A stretch of DNA of 64,000 nucleotides, taken from contig OZ024741.1 of assembly GCA_964016885.1 (NCBI GenBank), positions 302,250,001-302,314,000 on the forward strand, written 5' to 3'. Below, one piece after another: positions 61,621 through 64,000 of the stretch. Made by a program: the position numbers and the translations under genes. Under the pieces are notes generated by a model. The model saw nothing but the letters and a program-made list of their open reading frames with translations, did no database searches and was not told the DNA's origin. Every line of letters starts with the position of its first letter. Positions within the stretch are counted from its first letter, which is position 1. Source of the stretch: Eledone cirrhosa (taxonomy: Eukaryota).

Positions 61621-64000
61621 GCCTAAATCCTTAACCAAACAATGGCTGAAACAGATAAAAACCAAATTGTAAAAAATAATCCTTCTATTTAAAAGATGAG
61701 CTTAATAGGTCAAAAAATTATAATCTTTACTTCAATTCTTTATCCTTGTTATCCATCATAACTGAAGTTGGTGTTTATAGAATGTTGTACAAGTGAGGTT
61801 TAACAAAGAAAATTGTTTTCTGAAAACTTTTGATTGATAGAAGAAATCTGATCATTAAAAGTGTTTTACTTTCCCAACACACGTGAACTACTCTGCAGTT
61901 GGTGGCTGTAACTTGGTGTGTGGATATAAAAATTAGAATGTTAGATGAGATTTTTTTAAGATATAGGAAAGCAACTATGTTTATTTTTATTTATTCATTT
62001 TTTGTTGTTGCTAAAGTGCAAAGTGTTGATTGACCAATTCATTTTTTTTTTTTTTTTGTAGTGGTGGTGGGTTACATGAATTACAGGAGAAAGAGCAGTA
62101 CCTATAACAATTTTTAGGCCCTCTGAGATTGGTAGATGGAAATTTACTTCCGACTGTAGAACTTGAATATTTACAACAGAGTGCTCTATGATAAAGGCAT
62201 CCACAGGCCAGCTGGTGTGCTGTTAAATGAGGTGAAAGGTTAAGTTTACCTAACACCCAAGAACATGGCCTCCACACAGTTTCCGTCTACCAAATTTCAC
62301 TACTGATGTTATGGTAGAAGATACTTGCCTGAGGTTCTGTGGTGGTATGTGTGTATGTGGGCATTTATATGTCATCATTAGTGAAGGCATGTAACTTCAT
62401 GTTTAGGGTGTTTGGCTAATGAATCTAAGGTCATGAGTTTGATTCCTGGCAATGCATTGTGTTCTTGAGCAGGACACTTTATTTCACATTGCTTCAGTTC
62501 ACTGGAGCTGGCAAACGTTATTTGAACCTGTAATTCACTGAATTTCCCTGAGAACTACATTAAGGATACACATGTTTGTGGAATGCTCATCCACTTGTGT
62601 GTTAATTTCATGAGTGGGCTATTTTAGTTGTGTGAACAACTGGAACATCGATCGTCAGAACTGATGGTGGTCCAACACACATATAAACAGACACCATCGT
62701 CATCATCATTTTACATTTGCTTTCCCTTGTTGGCATAAGATAGATGGGTTTTTATAGACAGCCAGTTCTTATTTGAAGTTAGTGTTCTGGAAGTTTGGGA
62801 GGACACTACATCTCACTACTACATTCCATTTTTTTGCATTTTTTTTTTTTTGTAGCTGGATGGCCTTCTTATCACCTAGAGTGTGTAATGGTGGAGAAAA
62901 AGAGTGGAATGGGGGAGAGAATGTGTGGTGAAGGAGAAAAAGAGTTATGGATAATAAAGATGATGTGCTGGTAAGAACATGGTAGTGATGGATGTAAATA
63001 ATAAGTGATATGAGAGGAAGTAATGGGGCAAATGGAAAGAGTGATGGCTAGCAATAAAGAAGGCCTTAAATATGAATAGATCTAATATAATGCCATCTCC
63101 CATTATACAGGCAATATGATGAAAGAGGGAGACAGAGTGATAGTAAGTTATATTGATAAGAGAGAAAGTGAGTGGTAAATGAAATAGTGGGGAAGAGGCG
63201 GAAGAACCTTATATAGAGACTTAATATGAATATAATGGTTGGGAGAGATCAAAGTTTACATATACATCCCAGTTTCCACCACTGTAATCTTATTTTACAT
63301 CTACCTTTTTTATCATGCTTGCATGGGTTGGACTGCTTCTTTTCATATTCTTTGTCATCTCTTTCATGAGATTCAACTTCTTGAGATAAGTATTCACCAC
63401 GTCATCCCATGTCTTACTTTCCCTTCCTCTTCTACTGGTTTCATCCACATGCTCATACCAGCATAGTCTTCTCTATTGCATCATGCATCTGATTCCTGTT
63501 GCATGTAGTTCTTATATCAGCTCATTTTGCCTTGTTTCTTTCTATTTTATGGAAAGAAATGAGGCATACGTGCTTCACTAGATGTGTAATATAATAACAA
63601 AGGTGTCTGGATTGGTGATTAATCTTAGAGTTGTGAGTTTGATTCCCAGCAGTGTGTTATCCTTGAGCAATTCACATTATTTCATGTTTGCTCCAGTCCA
63701 CTTAACTGGAAAAAAAGATGCAGTGTATGTAATTCAAAGGGCCAACCTTGTTATATATGGTCTCATGCTGGTATATAATCTGTTATTTGCTCAGCAAATT
63801 TCATTTTAATTTTACAAGGGGTATGTGTCATTGATCGAATGACTGGAATATTTCTTGTTAGAAACGAAGGGGGGTCCAATACACAGCATATTAACATCAT
63901 ACATACAGCAGATCGTGCTTGTCTTATTTCTTTCTAACGTTTGCAAATCCTCCACATTTAAGACTCAAAGCTTGCTATTATGAAGAGTTAGACTTTTTGG

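Noticed and set aside
58008-64000. Downstream KDM4 PHD/Tudor exons
   Set aside because: No recognisable exon was found. The acceptor-like site at 60660 hits a stop after seven codons in the required phase.

Overview
AT-rich, repeat-dense animal genomic DNA. The SINE/RTE repertoire and (TA)n/(CA)n density suggest an octopod cephalopod (inference). The only host gene I can support is a + strand KDM4/JMJD2 histone demethylase. It has seven phase-compatible GT-AG coding exons (38919-57971; 4860 nt, 1620 codons) with JmjN and a catalytically complete JmjC, then one 3805-nt low-complexity exon; the gene probably continues beyond the window. The rest is layered mobile DNA: an apparently intact RTE LINE with a nested tandem-monomer array upstream, decayed RTE/CR1/Tx1 pieces, two tRNA-derived SINE families, Helitrons, piggyBac MITEs, and a hAT element containing a minisatellite and a near-full-length mariner. 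The most interesting hidden layer is a set of Penelope-like element (PLE) termini carrying hammerhead ribozyme motifs of several distinct families. Several sit in short fold-back palindromes whose turning point lies at or in the ribozyme, one family has a U4A core variant, and one copy lies in sense orientation in a KDM4 intron. All ribozyme folds were assigned by eye and are untested.
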